Shown one piece after another: positions 50,629 to 63,108 of a DNA stretch of 64,000 bases. Below the pieces are notes generated by a model that saw nothing but the letters and a program-made list of their open reading frames with translations, was not told where the DNA came from and ran no database searches. Origin of the DNA: Callorhinchus milii (Eukaryota); contig NW_024704743.1 in the NCBI RefSeq assembly GCF_018977255.1, positions 15,316,001 through 15,380,000 of the forward strand, written 5' to 3'. The translations under genes were made by a program, and so were the position numbers. Each line of letters opens with the position of its first letter. Position 1 is the first letter of the stretch.

Positions 50629-51142
50629 CAAGGCCTCGAGGTGAAATGATCTTGGAAGTCACAAATCAGTCCCTCATATTTATAGAGTACAAAAACAAGT
50701 TACCTAGAACCTAGCCTTTCCCCTGGCGACTCCCTCGCAACACTGCACAGCTTCATCTTTCATCTTCTTAAACAATACTTTTTCATAGCACCAAATGTAC
50801 ATAATATTTTTAATATTTTTAAAAATCAGAATCAACATTTCTACCAAGACAGGGACCAGAGTCCATTAATTTTGTCTTAGTTCAAACAATCTGATTATTT
50901 GGAACAGGTAAATTACATCTACATAAACACTGAAAGGATGAGGAACTCTGATAAATTCCATGTCCCAGATGTCAAGTTAAGTTAACAATTCTTCAAGGAA
51001 CACTTCAAAATCGAGTCATTTCTAAAACAGGATTTTTTAAAGTTACAAAAGAAAATGGCATTGTTTATTAATAGTCGATGAAGTAAATAACAACTGCAGC
51101 CACCCTACCAAAAGGAATCAACACAATAAAATGTTAGAAAAG

Positions 51143-52105
51143 CAACAACAGGCATTTATATAGTGCCATTCACATGGATAGCATCTTAAAGGGCTGAAAA
51201 ATTGTGTAAGTTGATGCTGAACCAGGGAGAAAGGGGAGACGATTGGCAGCATGGTCAAAGAGGAAAGTCTTCAGGTGCGGCATGAAGACAGGCAAAGAAG
51301 TGTCAGGGTGGAGGGATTGAGGCAGGGAGTTCCAGAGGTTTGGGGCATTGTAGCTGAAAGCACGACGGCCAATGTTGGAGTGGAGAGATTGAGGGATGTG
51401 CAGAAGGCCCGAGCCATCCAAGCTATAAGCAGGTTGGAGATAGGGCATGAAGAGATTTCTAGGTGAGGACAAATATCATGAAATTTATCTGTTCTGTGAG
51501 AGGTAGCTCATGGAACCAGGCAAGGACTGGTGTGAAGGTGGTGCGGAGTATGGTACGGTAAGCGTATGGGTGGCGGTGTTTTGAATCAACTGGATTTGGT
51601 GAATGGTGTAGCTGGGGTGATTAGCGAGGAGTGCATTGGAAAAATCGAGGCAGAAGGTAACAAAAGGATGGATAAGGGTTTCAGCTGCATTGAATACGAG
51701 GTATTGTTGGAGATGGGCGATGTGGTGCAAGTGGAGAAAAGTGGGACCAAATGTGGGGCCAAAGCACAACTTGGGATTGAAATGTACGGTGGATCGTGCA
51801 CAGGGTCAATGAATCTGAGGGACAGGCCCAGGAAGTTAAGGAGATCGGAGCCACAGGTGAGAAGACATTGACAGGAGCCAAGGAGGCGGCTTCAGTCTTG
51901 TCCATGTTCCACTGCCATAAACTTGCACTCACCCAGACCCTGATGTCTGACAAGCTGGCGAACAGAATGTTGGTGGACCTGGGATTGCAGCTAGAAAAGG
52001 AAATGTAGATTTGGTCGTACGTTTCAAATCCTTGCAGATAATTTTGGAACATCTAGTATAATTGTGATATCAGCCTCCTCAAGTGGGGACTCCAGGATAG
52101 AACCA
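51143..52105 (-). mobile_element. Old L2 LINE fragment
   Basis: AAETLIHPFVTFCLDFSNALL and GRRAFSYNAPNLWNSLP motifs on minus strand. Confidence 0.82.
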
Positions 52106-52978
52106 TCATGTTTAAGAACAAGGATAGTGGCAAGACACACAAGGACAAAGGCAACTGTAAATAACTTGAAGTCAAAATATGTTTGCGATTATTGAACAGC
52201 TGCTTTAGACTGTTTTAAGTTAAGTTGGTAGTGATGGAATCACATTTGCCACAGGAGTACTTGAAACTGCAAACAACTCGCATGTTTATGGATCACTGAG
52301 CTGGGGGCTGACTAGTTCCACCCGCAGGATAACGAGTGATCAACCTGGTCAATCAACAGTCTCAAGCCATGGCCAAAATATGCATTTTCACATGGTGCTG
52401 CAGCCATTTTTGATGGCCAGTCTGACCTTTGATTTTCTGAATGTATGCTGGCTCAGGAAATCCGATGATGCTAATATCCCAATTCACAACTACAAGTTTA
52501 ATGTATCCACTCTTTTTTCAAGTAGGAAGTTGAATAGCTACTTCAGTTTTCAAACTGCCTTGCTGAGATCACTGAGCGGAATTTCTCTTCCATATTTGCA
52601 ACCATCCTGCAACCATATTTTAACTCCAAATATTAGACTAGTACTGGAGAAGTACTGGACTGGTGTTGAATATTCCTAAAGTATTAAGAAATCTGTAGCA
52701 CACTTCCAATGGATCTCTTACTACCAAGTCTTATTGCTGATCTCTGTAGAATGGATTAAAGCGATATGATATCTTAATGATGGGCTTCAATAAGAATACA
52801 GAATTTTTCCTCAGAAGATTTTCTACAAAAAATAATTCCTTAGGGGATGATTGAAAACTGTTTTAGATTAAAAATACTCTCCCCATCAACAAAGTCCTCC
52901 TCAAACTGATATGCCAACACCCTGTGCCACACAAGGATAGAATCTAAATTGCATTTCAACAACTCACCTCTGATACAA

Positions 52979-53060
52979 ATAATAATAATCCCTGCATTTG
53001 ATATAGCGTCTTACCAAGTCTTTGAGACGTCTCAAAGCGCTTCACGGAATATACTGTAAA
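52979..53060 (-). mobile_element. SINE 3' tail fragment (long subfamily)
   Basis: aataataatccctgcatttgatatagcgtcttaccaagtctttgagacgtctcaaagcgcttcac. Confidence 0.75.
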
Positions 53061-54511
53061 CTAAATAATGCTCACTCTCAGTCAGGTACTACATTTCAGG
53101 GAGGAACAATAAAGAAAAATGACCTATTGTTCTCACACACATTCAGCATTAGCAGAGCCTAGCAGGCAAGCTGCTCCAATAATAATAGTACTTGCTTGTA
53201 GCACCTTATATTGTCAAAACATCTCAAAGTGCTACACAGAATTTATAAAGATACAGTGACTGTGTATTTGTAAGCAAACACTGATCACAAATGAAGGAAC
53301 CGAAGTAAGCAAAAACTAAAAATAGTTAAAGGAATTCTTTCACCAATGTTTTCTTCAAGTTTTTTTAATCTATTTTGAAGTCATCTTTAAATTTGAATGT
53401 ATAACACCAGTACTTCAATTTTACATTTAGTTTGAATAAAAATTTAATTAAAACAAATGTATTCCAAACCTTCATCTTGTCACATCTGTTACATAAAGAT
53501 CCAAAGAATTATCTGGAGTGACCATTTTCATTTAGTTTGCTGCAAAATACAGTATCACTACCTTTCCTTGCAGTAATGTTATATTCTCTGTTAATGTACA
53601 ACTGTACATTAGCAGAGAACTGGCAACAAGATGCAATACTTCAATCATCATGTTAATTTACAAATAATGCAAAATTAAATCATTCAAAAACATATAAGGG
53701 TCATGAATCATTAAGGTTTCATTTTGTTACCATACTACAATCATTACAAGCCAATAGAACAAAAATCTGATTCAGTCAGTAGATTACTTACTGCAGGACA
53801 TTTTTTCAAAATCTAAACACTAGAGGACAGCATTTACAACAGTTATTCATCTCATTTCAGCCAATGTTCATTTTAAATGCATGAAATATTAGTGAAACCT
53901 ATAGAATACAATTCAGTACACATCGATATGCTGCATATTAAGTCAAAAAGCTATTTTTACATAAATTCAAATTTAGTAAATGTTCATACTTAGCTTGCAG
54001 ACTTTGCCAATGCAATCAGCTAATCCTCAATTACCCTGTTTAGCACAGGCTGAATCCAATGCTATTCTCTCACAGTTTCATCTAGGGTTTGACATACTTC
54101 CTTGCTTTCTCTAGCCCTTTGCAGCATCAAAATAAACTGTACACTCTAATAGCCATAGTCTCCAAAGCAGTTAAACCAATAAAGGTGCTTTTATTTGACA
54201 TTTTTAACCAGACGATCAGAACATTACATTTTGAAAGGTTATGGCAAAAGGGCAGGCCACTGGGATTAAGATTTGCCAAGTTAAAACTGGTGAAACAGGC
54301 TCAAAAGGCTGAATGACCACCACCTTTTTCTGTTATCCTATGTTCCTATATCTAGTTTCCAAAGCGCACAATTCAATGCAAGCAAGTTCTGTTCTAGAGA
54401 TAGACCTGAAGACCCGAAGGGAGTAGGCTTTCTACAACCTGTGGAAGGAGTGGATTTGATCGGCCAAAATGACCTTTCCTCATTCTATGTTTATGTATGT
54501 CATTAATTTTC

Positions 54512-54702
54512 ATAGAATTATACAGAACAGGAGGAGGCCATTCGGCCCATCATATTTTAAAAGAGCTATCCAAATCAATTACACTCCCCAGCGCTCTCCC
54601 CATAGCCCTGCAAACTTGTCCTCCCAAAATAATTATCTACTTCTCCCTTAAAAGTTGTTATCAAATCGGCTTCCACCACCCTTTCAGGCAATGCATTCCA
54701 GC
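54512..54702 (-). mobile_element. CR1 3' tail fragment
   Basis: WNALPERVVEAD motif plus tail homologous to 7790-7942. Confidence 0.78.
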
Positions 54703-55849
54703 TTGAACTGATAGCATCTCCATGGGAGTTTCTCTTCTTTCTCTCTCTCTCTCCTCTTTCTCCCACCCCCACAGGTTGCAATCATAAAACATTTGCATTC
54801 TTTCCCACTGATTCATCAAGGATGCTGACAAATCTACGGTCAAAACAAATGTGTGTTACAGTATTTCATTATTTAAAGAGAATGGCTTACATTTTGAGTT
54901 GTCATGACTTAAGGACTAAAAGCAACTTAAGTCTGTTTAGTTGCAAACAATTCCACTATTTTAATGAGCATTAATGTCAGAAGTTCAGCAACATTACTTC
55001 AGATCACAGAATACTGAAAAAAAATCTGACTGGAGGGGCTCACTATTGGTTAGAATGCTCTGGGTTAGAGATTTAAGCAGTTATGGGGAGGCTGAGATTA
55101 GTGACTTCATATAAATGTTTAGAAAGTACTCACGGTAGGATCAAGACTACTATACTACTACTAATAATAATATTTGCATTTGGTACAGCACCTTTCATTT
55201 CACAGGATATACTGTAAAGTGACTGTTATTTGTAAGTGAACACAGTAACAACTACTACACAAATCAAGGGAAATTCAATGGTAAAATTATACTAGTGGAT
55301 GTTGTAGCCTTTTCCATTTCACAAGTTGGGGAGCAAACCAATTACTGCCTATCCCAGAATTCTAAAAACATAACAAATGAATCTTTCAGATTTGACTAAC
55401 AGTGAAGCGAGGATGATTCTCAAGGTGATTTTCAAAGGGTGGGAGGGAGCAAGGTGGAGACTCCCTTTAGGATGGATCAAAATGGCTGAAGGCTCACGCA
55501 CAGATAGTGGGTTGGAGTGGGTAAGGCATATGAAGCAGGCCTATGTTAAAAGGGAGTTCTTTTGGTGTCCTGGAAAACATACTCCCAAATAAAATTGGTC
55601 ATTTGTTTCATGGCTGTTTGTGGGACTGTTATTTGCAAGTGAACACAGCAACAACTACTACACAAATCAAGGTAAATTCAATGGTAAAATTATACTAGTG
55701 GATGTTGCAGCCTTTCGCATTTCACAAGTTTTTTTTTTGTGCGCAACTGTGCTGGCACGATTGCCTACAAATAGTCACTATTACAGTAAATCCTGTGAGG
55801 CACGTTGAGACCTTCCAATATGATAAGGCACTTTACCAAATTTGATTTT

Positions 55850-56262
55850 ATTATAATAATAACCCCTTGATTTGATTTAGCACTGTTCATGCCAGAAGGA
55901 TGTCTCAAAACCCTTCACAGGATATACTGTAAAGTGGAGTGACTATTTTATAGGCGAATGTGGCAGTCAATTTGGCACAGCAATGTCACTTCAATGCCAT
56001 AAAATGAATAATTAGATTTATTTGGCAGATTGTTGGCCTGGACAACAGGAGAAACTCCCTTCTCTTTTTGAATAGTGGTACGGGATCTTTAAAGTCCACC
56101 TGAACAGGATCTTGGTTTAAGGACAGCCACTCTAGCAATGCAGCGCACCCTAGTACCGCAATGGAGTGTCAGCGTAGACTACGAGTTCCAAATCCTAACA
56201 CAGGTCTTGAACCCACAACCTTCTGACTCAGAGGCAAGAGTGCTACAACTAAGTCAGACTGA
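55850..56262 (-). mobile_element. Older Deu-domain-type SINE
   Basis: Reverse complement of gtagcactcttgcctctgagtcagaaggttgtgggttcaag head, central block and tail. Confidence 0.65.
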
Positions 56263-58529
56263 CACACATTTGCTGAAGGGAGGGAGTAGCCAGGTAGTCA
56301 CAGTATGTTGCAGAGGGAGAGCGGGGTGAAGCCATGGAGATATTTGAAAATGAGGATGAAAATTTTCAATTCAATCCATGGTGATGGTGGGGCATGGGAG
56401 GGTGGATATGGAGCCATGAGGATGGGGATGATGGGCTTGTGGAGCCTGATACAGGTTTGCACATGGGCTGCAGAATAGGTTAATGTACCAGCAATTAGCG
56501 TTAGGCTCTTAGTTCAACTGGGCACTTCAGTAGCTGCTATTTATCTGGTTCCTGAAGATTTTTATCCTACACTTTGAGAAGTTTGAGTTGGATGATTCTG
56601 TTTTGCAGCTTGTCAATTATGATTCATACAAGTTTATTTTGTACCAGACATTTGGTATTAAAGATTTTATTAGAAGACCAACAACCTACTTCCAGAGACA
56701 GAGCAAGACTGCTTGCCAATACCCACCTCTACTCTTAACTTGTGGAGGGAAGGGGCCTCCAGTCTTTTAGATCTTATATCCCACCTGGGTTGACCTGGGG
56801 TCCTAAAAGACCCTGTGTCCAACTATTAGCATTTGAGAATAGGGTCAAAATTGACTCCTACTGCCTACTTGGATTCAGACCACACATTGACAACAGAAAG
56901 TGTAGAAAGATATCTTGATAAAATCAAGACAAGACTGATCCGTGACTATTTCTTCACTGATATGAAAGAGCTAGAGAATTTATTCAATCTGGCAATGGGG
57001 AAAATCACTCATGCCGAGGAGAGGCAACCTATACATCCTCATTTGTGGCAATTGAAGGAAATTTGCACACAGAAATCTCCACAGTAGCAATGGAGTGAGT
57101 GACTAATTTATCTGGAGGATTGTAAGAAAGGAAACAGAAAAACTCCTTCCTTTTTTTTTGAATAGCATTACAGGACTTTTGATGTTTACCTGAAAAGGGA
57201 GATGGGACCTTTTTTAATGTCTCATCCAAAGGATAGCCTCTGACAATGCAGCACACCCCAGTACTGGAGTGCGATACATAAATGAAAGGCAGAACATTTT
57301 TGGATCGACAGAATCTTTGTCAGTCACATTTATAAACATACATTCTACAGTTTATTGCTTAACATACTAGAAAAGTTTAAATTTACATGTTGATGTCAAA
57401 GATTGAGATTAATTTGGATAGAATCTAAAATTGATGAGTATGCAGACAACTGTTTACTGCAATAAAATCAAAGGGCAACTATCGAACACTAAAACAAGAG
57501 CTTGCGGACAAAGATGATTAATGGGCATTTTAAATGCCAGCATTTAATTATGTAAAAGACATGCTCATTATGGATTTGAAATTATGTAGGTTTGGAAACA
57601 TATTAAAACAAATGAGACTGCTATCATTTATCAGCTTCGTTAGTATTAAATAAAATGTTGAAACCCTGTCAGTTTGAGATCATGAAGGATATTTATGTGA
57701 AAAAGCAATCTGTAGTTCTAAGAATAAAACCATTTTTGCTGAAGCCTAAAACCGAGCAAGGAATCAGTGGCAAGTCAAGCTGGCTGGAACCTAAAGAGTT
57801 CGCTTTTTAAAAAAATCTGGTTTCATCATTAGAGACCAGATATACATTTTTATGTAAACAAACACTATAACTTTGTTGTTATTTTCTTAGCTCTTTGCCC
57901 CGACTCACACCCGGAATGACTTTCTACAGTATAAAATTACACAAGTCTTATTCTAAAATAAAATTTGAGTTTAAGACACGAGAATAATCTTTTGACTAAA
58001 ATGTCATCTCTCCCATTGATAATACATACTAAATTAACTTATTCTTTTCTTTATAGGATTCGTGAATCTTAACTATGTGTTTACATAGGAATTTAAGATC
58101 TGAAGGTGGTCATTTGGCCCAGTGATGTCTTTCAACCATAGACATGGCATTGTGATTAACCACTCCCTTCCCCATATCCCACTTTTTTGCCTAAAACATA
58201 TTTCAGAGCGAATTTTATATAAAGGTATACAAGATTTTAGATGGGATTAGGAAGTAAATCCAGAAAAATGCTTTCAGATACACCAAGGTGGCAGAACAAA
58301 AGGGAACAGGTTAAGGTTGCAAAGAACAATTTTGGGACAGATGCCAGAAATATTTTACACAAACAGTAATAAACAACTAAATCAGGTTACAAGGAAGAAG
58401 GTTTGAGACCAAGATGTTGGACTTGTTTAAGAAACAGCTCAATTCAGCAATGGAAGGACAGTAGGGTGGATATTCTGGAAAACTGAGATTAAGTAGACCG
58501 AAGGACCTTCTTCATTCAAACTCAAACCT

Positions 58530-59205
58530 CTCTCATTATCTCTTATAATATTCATAACCTTCCAAATACCTATGCGTCTCCTTGAATTGCTCAATCGACC
58601 ATTGCTTTTCTAGGGCTGTGTTTTCCAAATCTCAGCGCTCTGCAAGAACTTCATCCTTGCCTCAATACTAGCCTGTTTTACCTCAATTTTAAGGTTTTGC
58701 CCCAACGATTTATTGGCCCATCAGGGGAAAACATTGCTGTGTTTAATTTGTCAATTCCCTTCATAATCTTGAATACAATTAAATCCCCTTCATCCTCAGC
58801 TCTGGAGAATACATCTCTAACCTTCAAATCATAGTTCACCGTCCCCTCCCCAATCCCTGGTATCATCCTTATGAATCTATGATGCATTCTTTCTCAAGCC
58901 AGTAAATCCTTTGTGTTGAAACATCCAAAAACAAATACAATACTTTACTTCAAGTATTGTGGTCTCACTTGTACTTTCCTGCTTTTTTATTCTATACATA
59001 TTGCTCTGAAACCAGTATTCCATTAGCTTTCTTAATAACTTTCTATATTGTAAGCAAGCTTTTTGTGATTTATTTTCAGCACACTTGAGTTCATCAACTT
59101 TTGTTAAGACGTTTTCCCATTTGACACACATTTTTAATATCAAAATACATTAGCTCACATTTGGCTACATCGAATTGCAACTACCATTCTTCTACCCAAA
59201 TCACC
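58530..59205 (-). mobile_element. Decayed CR1 LINE 3' portion
   Basis: RFIRMIPG...GDLIVFKIMKGID motif on minus strand. Confidence 0.75.
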
Positions 59206-59231
59206 ATGAACCACAGAAGGTTGGAGGATTT

Positions 59232-59675
59232 GTTTGGTCAGCTGGTTGTCTGACACATGTGGAAACCCACCATCAATCTTAAGAGTATCCAAAGTGAACA
59301 GTGTTCCATGCATCCCACCAAAACATAGAAATTCCAGAGATGTTTATTCGAATGGAATGAGTACTCTCTCCCTGGTGGGACGCATCCTATTTACCTAATT
59401 CCAGAAAGTATTAGACCCAGTTTGGCAAGAGCCAAGGCTTGGAGATCTTAGTTTGCACTTTGGGATCCTCCTGGAGTCTAATCAGCTAAAACCGCATGGT
59501 TTGCCATTCAGGGCACTACCTGGCAAACTTTCCTGCTGCTTGTCCAGTTAGGACTACCCTACCCGGCTTGCCGGATTAATGGGTGGGAAGTGTCCCTGCC
59601 CCCAGTGACTGATCTACCCATCTTGAACACTGGGCCAACCAATGGAACATGGAGGCAGGTGCCCAGAAGTGCTGA
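59232..59675 (-). mobile_element. 3' UTR fragment of the unclassified LINE
   Basis: Homologous to 11940-12400 and to the reverse complement of 60540-60685. Confidence 0.65.
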
Positions 59676-59793
59676 ATCAGGGGAAAATATCGCTGTGTTT
59701 AATTTGACAATTCCCTTCATAATCTTGAATACAATTAAATCCCCTTCATCCTCAGCTCTGGAGAATCCATCCCTAACCTTCAAATCATAGTTC

Positions 59794-60694
59794 GGCCCAA
59801 GGGAAGAAATCAAGGGAATGGATTGGAATGTACAAGGGGCATCAGTCCCAATTCTTATCGGTACTTCGGGGTCATAGAGGACAACAACTTCAGCCTGGAT
59901 ACTGTCCTGAAGGACCATGCTGAGAAGGGGTGAAGGGCACTCTGGTCATGCTTCTCCCTCTTCAAAGACAGCAAGGTTCCAATGCAGGTCAAGCTTATGG
60001 CATACAAGATCTGTGTGCAAACAATTCTCCTTTATGGAATTTGTGGATGCAGCGGAGAGGCTTCTTCTGGTCCATTTGCAAAGCCCAGGATCAAGCAGTG
60101 AGGTGCATTGTGGGCAAACACAGGAAGAAGGTGCAGAGAGGGGGGGCTCCAGCCTACCCTGATCTATCGCTAAGCATCCTGGACGTGGACAACCTATTTC
60201 CTAAGGCCCCTTGCGTGGGAACCTGGATTAGCAGCTGGTGCTGAGTTAGCCTGATATTCGGCACTGGACTTGGACCTTGAGAACCTCAACATGGCTAGCA
60301 CGTCACAAGCCATTATGTAAAGGTTCTCCCACCAGAAGCCTGAAGGCAGATGCCCACCAGATAGCTGAGGATAAAAACTCTCTGAGGTTTGGGGCGATAG
60401 CTGCTGGAAAGCATTACCTGGAGTCTGAGTTCATGAACACATGTACTTGGTTTGTATATCCAGCACCTGGACTCCAACTTGATTAGTCTGCAAAGAGGCA
60501 GCAATTGCTGCTTAAACTCCTTTCTAGAATTAGGTAAGTAATGAAGAGGAGAGAGTGCGAATTCCACTCCAACAATCTATCTTTAGTATTTCCATGGATA
60601 GATGGGATGCATGTAATTCTCAGTTTGGTTTGGATACTCCAAAGCATGGTGATCGGTTTCCGCATATGTTAGAAACCCAGCTGACAAAAAAAAA
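59794..60694 (+). mobile_element. Unclassified non-LTR retrotransposon 3' fragment (neither L2 nor CR1 type of this window)
   Basis: From ~59850 reads SYRYFGVIEDNNFSLDTVLKDHAEKG*RALWSCFSLFKDSKVPMQVKLMAYKICVQTILLYG (YxYLGV and KxxxYKxxVxxxLLYG post-RT motifs); ends in an A9 tail. Confidence 0.65.
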
Positions 60695-60699
60695 CTCCT

Positions 60700-61335
60700 C
60701 TTCTGCTCTGTTTGGCCTTGACATCATTCCTATAGTGAAGCTCTCAAAACTGGACACAATACTTCAACCATGGTCCATCCAATAAATTTATACAAGTTTA
60801 ACATTACCCCATTTTTTATATTCTAATCCCCCATTTGTAAAACCTTCCATTAGCTTATTTGCTGACTTTATGCATAATAATGTTAGGTCTCTCTGATCTC
60901 CGCTCCTTTTAAAATTTTATGATTTAATGCATATTTCCTCTAATTCTTGCTCCCAATTTGCATTCAATTTCATATGCTATCTACCTGCCCAATCCACTAT
61001 TCTATGTCCTCCTAAAGTTGCTTACAGCTCTCTCACAGTTGGCCACACTCCCTATTTTTGAGACAAATGCAAATGTTGATATTGTGCTTTTATTCCTAAG
61101 TCCAATCATTTATAAAAATAGAGAAATGGTGCCATCACCATGATCCATCACTGACCTCTGGGGCACCATTGTTTACATCACTGACTGAAAAACATTAATT
61201 TACCCTTCTCTCCATTTTCTGTCCTTCAGCCAACTTTCTATCTATGCTGTCACATTTTTATTCCTATCAAACGCTGTAAGTTTTTCAACAAGTCTCCTAT
61301 GCGACTTTTTCAAACGCCTTTTGAAAATCCATGAA
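60700..61335 (-). mobile_element. Decayed CR1 LINE fragment
   Basis: Minus strand DFQKAF (atggattttcaaaaggcgttt), GAPE (GVPQ-like) and YCVQF motifs. Confidence 0.7.
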
Positions 61336-61357
61336 AAAGTTACAGAATATTTCTCAC

Positions 61358-61453
61358 CTTAATGCCTTCAATGAATTGTTGGTTATTGATACACAAGATG
61401 TTAAGTCCAGATGTCTCAGTTTCGTGCAGAATTTACTAAGGCTAATACAAGTG
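61358..61453 (-). CDS. FBXL2: FBXL2 coding exon (LRR)
   Basis: ttgcag|C ACT...AG|gtgaga; (S)TCISLSKFCTKLRHLDLTSCVSITNNSLKAL(S); 96 nt, phase 2-2. Confidence 0.95.
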
Positions 61454-61535
61454 CTGCAAAAAAAAAAGTGACTTTAAATATCATCCACCTTGCAGGTAAA
61501 ACAAATCAGTCCAAATTTTATTGGATTCTACTCAC

Positions 61536-61604
61536 CTATCATTAATTTTTGTGCAACCATTGAGATTTAAATGTTCAATATTCTTACAGTTCTGTGCAAA
61601 AGTC
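61536..61604 (-). CDS. FBXL2: FBXL2 coding exon (LRR); F-box exons lie beyond the window end
   Basis: ctttag|G ACT...AG|gtgagt; TFAQNCKNIEHLNLNGCTKIND(S); 69 nt, phase 2-2. Confidence 0.95.
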
Positions 61605-62212
61605 CTAAAGATAAGAAAAAATATGCACTCAAAATGTTGAACTCAAAAATTCTAAATATCCCAAAAAATCATAGAACATTGCAAAAGTACCTTCCCTAGA
61701 AAAATGTTATGCAATAGTACAAAATTAATTCAGATAATTTAATAGAAATTTCTACTTGCTTGACTATTTTCAACTCATCAGTTTCCACTGTTCACTACCA
61801 ACATTTAGTTCTCCCAGAATATTCCAGGGTTTTAATAGCCAGTTGGTCCTTTAAGTGCTCTAAGACGCTACACTGTGCAAAAGGCACTATATGAACACAA
61901 GTTGTTGCTGATTTAACATCTTATTGAAAGGACAGCACTTCCGACAACATAGTGCTCTTTCTGGTACCAACACCAGCTTGTATATGGAACTTATGTAAAA
62001 TTCAGCACATGCTTCACGGAAAATAATTAAACCTAAAAATTGTGTTATGTTCCTCCAACATAAACATTTATCAGTAATTCAATCACAATGGTAACTGTGG
62101 CATGTTATACTGTATGGCTGGAAGGAGGCCGAAATAGAAAAGAAAAATCAATGCTTTGTGGATGTATCTTATTCTCCCTGTCTGTTTTTTGTATTTAGAG
62201 GGAACAAATATA

Positions 62213-63105
62213 CATTACAAAATTACATTTGTAAAGCGCCTTTCTCATCAGGAAGATGTCCCAAGGCGCTGAACAGTCAGGGAATAGGACCCTAGCTGAG
62301 CGGGGGGGGGGGGGGGGGGGGGGGGGGGGCGGAGTTGGGATCATGGAGGTCAAGGAACGTAGGAGGGTGCCCGAAGGCACAGTCGAAGAGGAGGATCTTG
62401 AGGAGTGCCTTGAAGGAGGCAAGGGAGGGAGCAAGGCAAAGGGAATGTGGGATGGAGTTCCAGAAGATGAGGGCAGAGAGACTGAAGGACCGAACGCCGA
62501 TGGTGGGACAGGCCGGGCTGGGCAGGGGACATGGAGCAGGCCGGAGCCTGCTGAGCGGAGAGAGTGGACAGGTTGATAAGGGTCAGAGAGGTAGGATGGG
62601 GCAAGCCCGTGGAGGGCCTTGAAGGTGAGGACGAGAATTCTTAAACTCGATCCTCTGAGGGATGGAAAGCCAGTGGAGCCAGACGAGGGTGGTTGTGATG
62701 GGGTTATGGAGCCTGGGGTGGGAGAGGAAATGATCTGCAGAGTTCTGGATGATCTGCAGCTTGTGGAGGGAAGAGTTTGGAAGGCCGACAAGCAGGGTGT
62801 AGGCATCGTCAAGTCTAGATGTAATGAAGTTTCAGCGGCCTGAGGGATGAGGCAGAGGCGGAGTTGGGAAATGTTGTGGAGGTGGGGGAAGGCAGAGAGT
62901 GTCATGGTACGGATGCAGGAGAGAAAGGACAGTTGAGCATTGAACAAGCCATTTGATGTGCATCCGTGGATGCCGATGCTGCTAGTGCCTGAGGTGTGGA
63001 GGTCCTGATGGGAGCCAATCAGGAGAGCCTTGGTCTTGCTGAAGTTCAACTGTAGAATATTAGCTCTCATCCAGGACTTGATGTCCGACAGACAATCTGT
63101 CAGGA
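62213..63105 (-). mobile_element. L2 LINE 3' portion, cut by a CR1 insertion
   Basis: MRANILQLNFSKTKALLIGS...ILVLTFKALHGLAPSYL; hairpin-type tail at 62235-62270. Confidence 0.9.
62302..62329. repeat. G28 homopolymer inside the L2 3' UTR
   Basis: Direct read. Confidence 0.9.
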
Positions 63106-63108
63106 TAA

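Noticed and set aside
19166..53060. Recurrent palindromic ~35-bp motif as a CRISPR-like or operator array
   Set aside because: Irregular spacing, both orientations, and always at retroelement 3' ends in a eukaryotic locus
27441..61604. FBXL20 as the identity of the - strand gene
   Set aside because: The GQRLCRCCVIL C-terminus and synteny with UBP1 favour FBXL2, although some residues are FBXL20-like
62302..62329. G28 run as a functional G-quadruplex
   Set aside because: It is an expansion of the C-rich L2 3' UTR; homopolymer length is also unreliable in assemblies
940..62843. Numerous 60-290 aa ORFs in the supplied track
   Set aside because: They are alternate frames of L2/CR1/SINE copies, read-throughs of real exons or random ORFs in AT-rich introns
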